This document shows, piece after piece, positions 61,921 to 64,000 of a stretch of 64,000 nucleotides of DNA. Both the position numbers and the translations under genes were made by a program. Below the pieces are notes generated by a model. The model was not told the origin of the DNA and ran no database searches. It saw only the letters and a program-made list of their open reading frames with translations. Every line of letters starts with the position of its first letter. Position 1 is the stretch's first letter. The DNA comes from Octopus bimaculoides (taxonomy: Eukaryota): positions 36,725,893 through 36,789,892 of the forward strand of contig NC_068998.1 in assembly GCF_001194135.2 (NCBI RefSeq), given 5' to 3'.

Positions 61921-62260
61921 AAGCGACGAACTGGCAGAATCGTTAGCAGGCACGCTGGGCGAAATGCTTAGCGGTATTTCGTCTGCCGCTACGTTCTGAG
62001 TTCAAATTCCGTCGAGGTCGACTTTACCTTTCATCCTTTCGGGATCGATAAATTAAGTACCAGTTAGGCACTGGGGGCCGATGTAATCGAATTAATCCCT
62101 TTGTCTGTCCTCGTTTGTCCCCTCTATGTTTAGCTCCTTGTGAGCAATAAAGAAATAAGAATTAAGAATCGTAAGCACGCCGGGCGAAATGCTTAGCGGT
62201 ATTTCACCTGTCGCTACGTTCTGAGTTCAAATTCCGTCGTGGTCGATGTAATCGACTAGT
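61920..62260 (+). mobile_element. Two tandem SINE family B copies; the first has a Tx1-like tail
   Basis: Full copy 61920-62160 ending GTTTAGCTCCTTGTGAGCAATAAAGAAATAAG; an internally deleted second copy at 62165-62260. Confidence 0.9.
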
Positions 62261-62689
62261 CTCCCCACCCAACAACGAACAACCATTCTGGGAATCGAAA
62301 CTATGATCCCGCGATCGTGAATGCAACGCCAAAAAAAAAACAAAAAATAGCAGAAGGAAGAGAGAAAGCTTTATTTCCATATTATCATTTATTTATGTTT
62401 ATTGCTGCGATGGTAACTCTGTTGGAATCGTAAACTTCTAATAGGTCTGGAAGTATCAGTTCCACTACCTATGGTTACATCGTTATATGTCTCGTTTTTC
62501 GTAATTATCCTTGTCTGTATGTTTATAACATTTATTATACAGGAATATATTGAGATAAATATTTGTAATCAATCTTTTATGGAAATTGAGAAATGTCTGA
62601 TATTCTCCCATACCTTGTACGTATATGTGCATATTTGTCTTCATTTATACATGCACACACACACACACATACACACACACACATACACA

Positions 62690-62747
<58 letters not shown>

Positions 62748-63398
62748 NNNNNNNNNNNNNNNNNNNNNNNNNNNNNNNNNNNNNNNNNNNNNNNNNNNNN
62801 NNNNNNNNNNNNNNNNNNNNNNNNNNNNNNNNNNNNNNNNNNNNNNNNNNNNNNNNNNNNNNNNNNNNNNNNNNNNNNNNNNNNNNNNNNNNNNNNNNNN
62901 NNNNNNNNNNNNNNNNNNNNNNNNNNNNNNNNNNNNNNNNNNNNNNNNNNNNNNNNNNNNNNATATATATGTAAGTATATATATATATATCTTGTCTTGT
63001 GCAACTCAAGTTTGTTATTTTTATATCCGTATTTGTCTACAGACTTATGCAATGCAAACAATTCACGTACACACACATATATAGATGAATATCTGTGTAC
63101 ATGTGTGAGCCTATATATGCACATATAGGTATGAAACATATCCATATATGCATATGTGTGTGTGTGTGTGTGTCTGTGTGTGTGCGTGTGCGTATACCTT
63201 TAGACATTTATATATAATGTTTGTATACTGCGTATAGGAGAGAGAAAGAGAACCAAAAGTAACTTATATGTACTAGCTAGTATTACCTATAAGAAAAAGG
63301 AAACTCGATACATTTATGATATACATATTTATTGGAATTTGACGATTTGATATTTTAGTTACATGCTCATTCATCCCTTGATATATATGCAAAAAACT

Positions 63399-63449
<51 letters not shown>

Positions 63450-63479
63450 CTGTATCACTGTATCGACCAGCCAATCGAA

Positions 63480-63692
63480 TGTTCATACAAACTGCTGGTT
63501 AAAGTGTACTTTATAGCATTGTTGTAGCTTTCGAGTCTTGCCTCATCGCTGGCTATGCTGTCACATGGTCATGCGCTTAGAGGTGGGTTGACTGTAGAAA
63601 CGTGAATTGAAAGGTTTTGTTCAAGAACACAATACACAGCTCGTCTTGAGATCGTAAATGTAACCCACCAACCATTAGGCCATGTGCTTCCA
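63480..63692 (-). mobile_element. SINE family C, degenerate
   Basis: Reverse complement: GGAAGCACATGGCCTAATGGTT head, then GTGTATTGTGTTCTTGAACAAAACCTTTCAATTCACG core. Confidence 0.7.
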
Positions 63693-63702
63693 TACACAAA
63701 CG

Positions 63703-63751
<49 letters not shown>

Positions 63752-63873
63752 CACATACGCATGCGCAAACAAATACATATTCATACACATCCAGAAGTTC
63801 TCAAGATCAAAAGAAATAAATATACAGTCATTAATAACCGCTGTTTGGAAGAACACACGAGATTTCGTTTAAC

Positions 63874-63930
63874 CTTTTGAGTACAAACCCTCCTTCAAGA
63901 AGCAAATTTTTCTCAGCAGGAACTTCGTCT
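63874..63930 (-). CDS. Candidate 57-nt exon (DEVPAEKNLLLEGGFVLK or TKFLLRKICFLKEGLYSK)
   Basis: gcttattgtattcttgaacag|...CAAAAG|gttaaa; frame-preserving length, two frames open. Confidence 0.25.
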
Positions 63931-64000
63931 CTGTTCAAGAATACAATAAGCGACAACCTAATGTATGCAAAGCGTTCCTATTTTCTTGTGCATCGGCTTG

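Overview
AT-rich, repeat-saturated eukaryotic DNA from a gapped short-read assembly, with many N runs almost always flanked by microsatellites. The SINE and microsatellite content looks like an octopus (coleoid cephalopod) genome; this is inferred from recalled repeat families, not from a search. I find no confidently identifiable host protein-coding gene, no rRNA, no intact tRNA and no CRISPR array. Nearly all ORFs in the supplied track are artefacts of simple repeats or N gaps. What the sequence does support: about 40 copies of at least four tRNA-headed SINE families; decayed non-LTR retrotransposon fragments (two RTE-clade 3' ends, a Tx1/L1-clade 3' end plus a second 3'UTR copy, and R4/Dong-type restriction-like endonuclease remnants); a mariner-type MITE; a Helentron-like element carrying an AP-endonuclease fragment; three conspicuous inverted-repeat hairpins; and several short exon-like segments, mostly on the minus strand, suggesting the window may be intronic. 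The best leads are three diverged tandem units each ending in a minus-strand splice donor (58.3-60.2 kb), two SINE/LINE 3'-tail pairs visible within the window, the Helentron/endonuclease fusion, and 18-24 nt micro-exon candidates. All alignments were done by eye and SINE boundaries are approximate.
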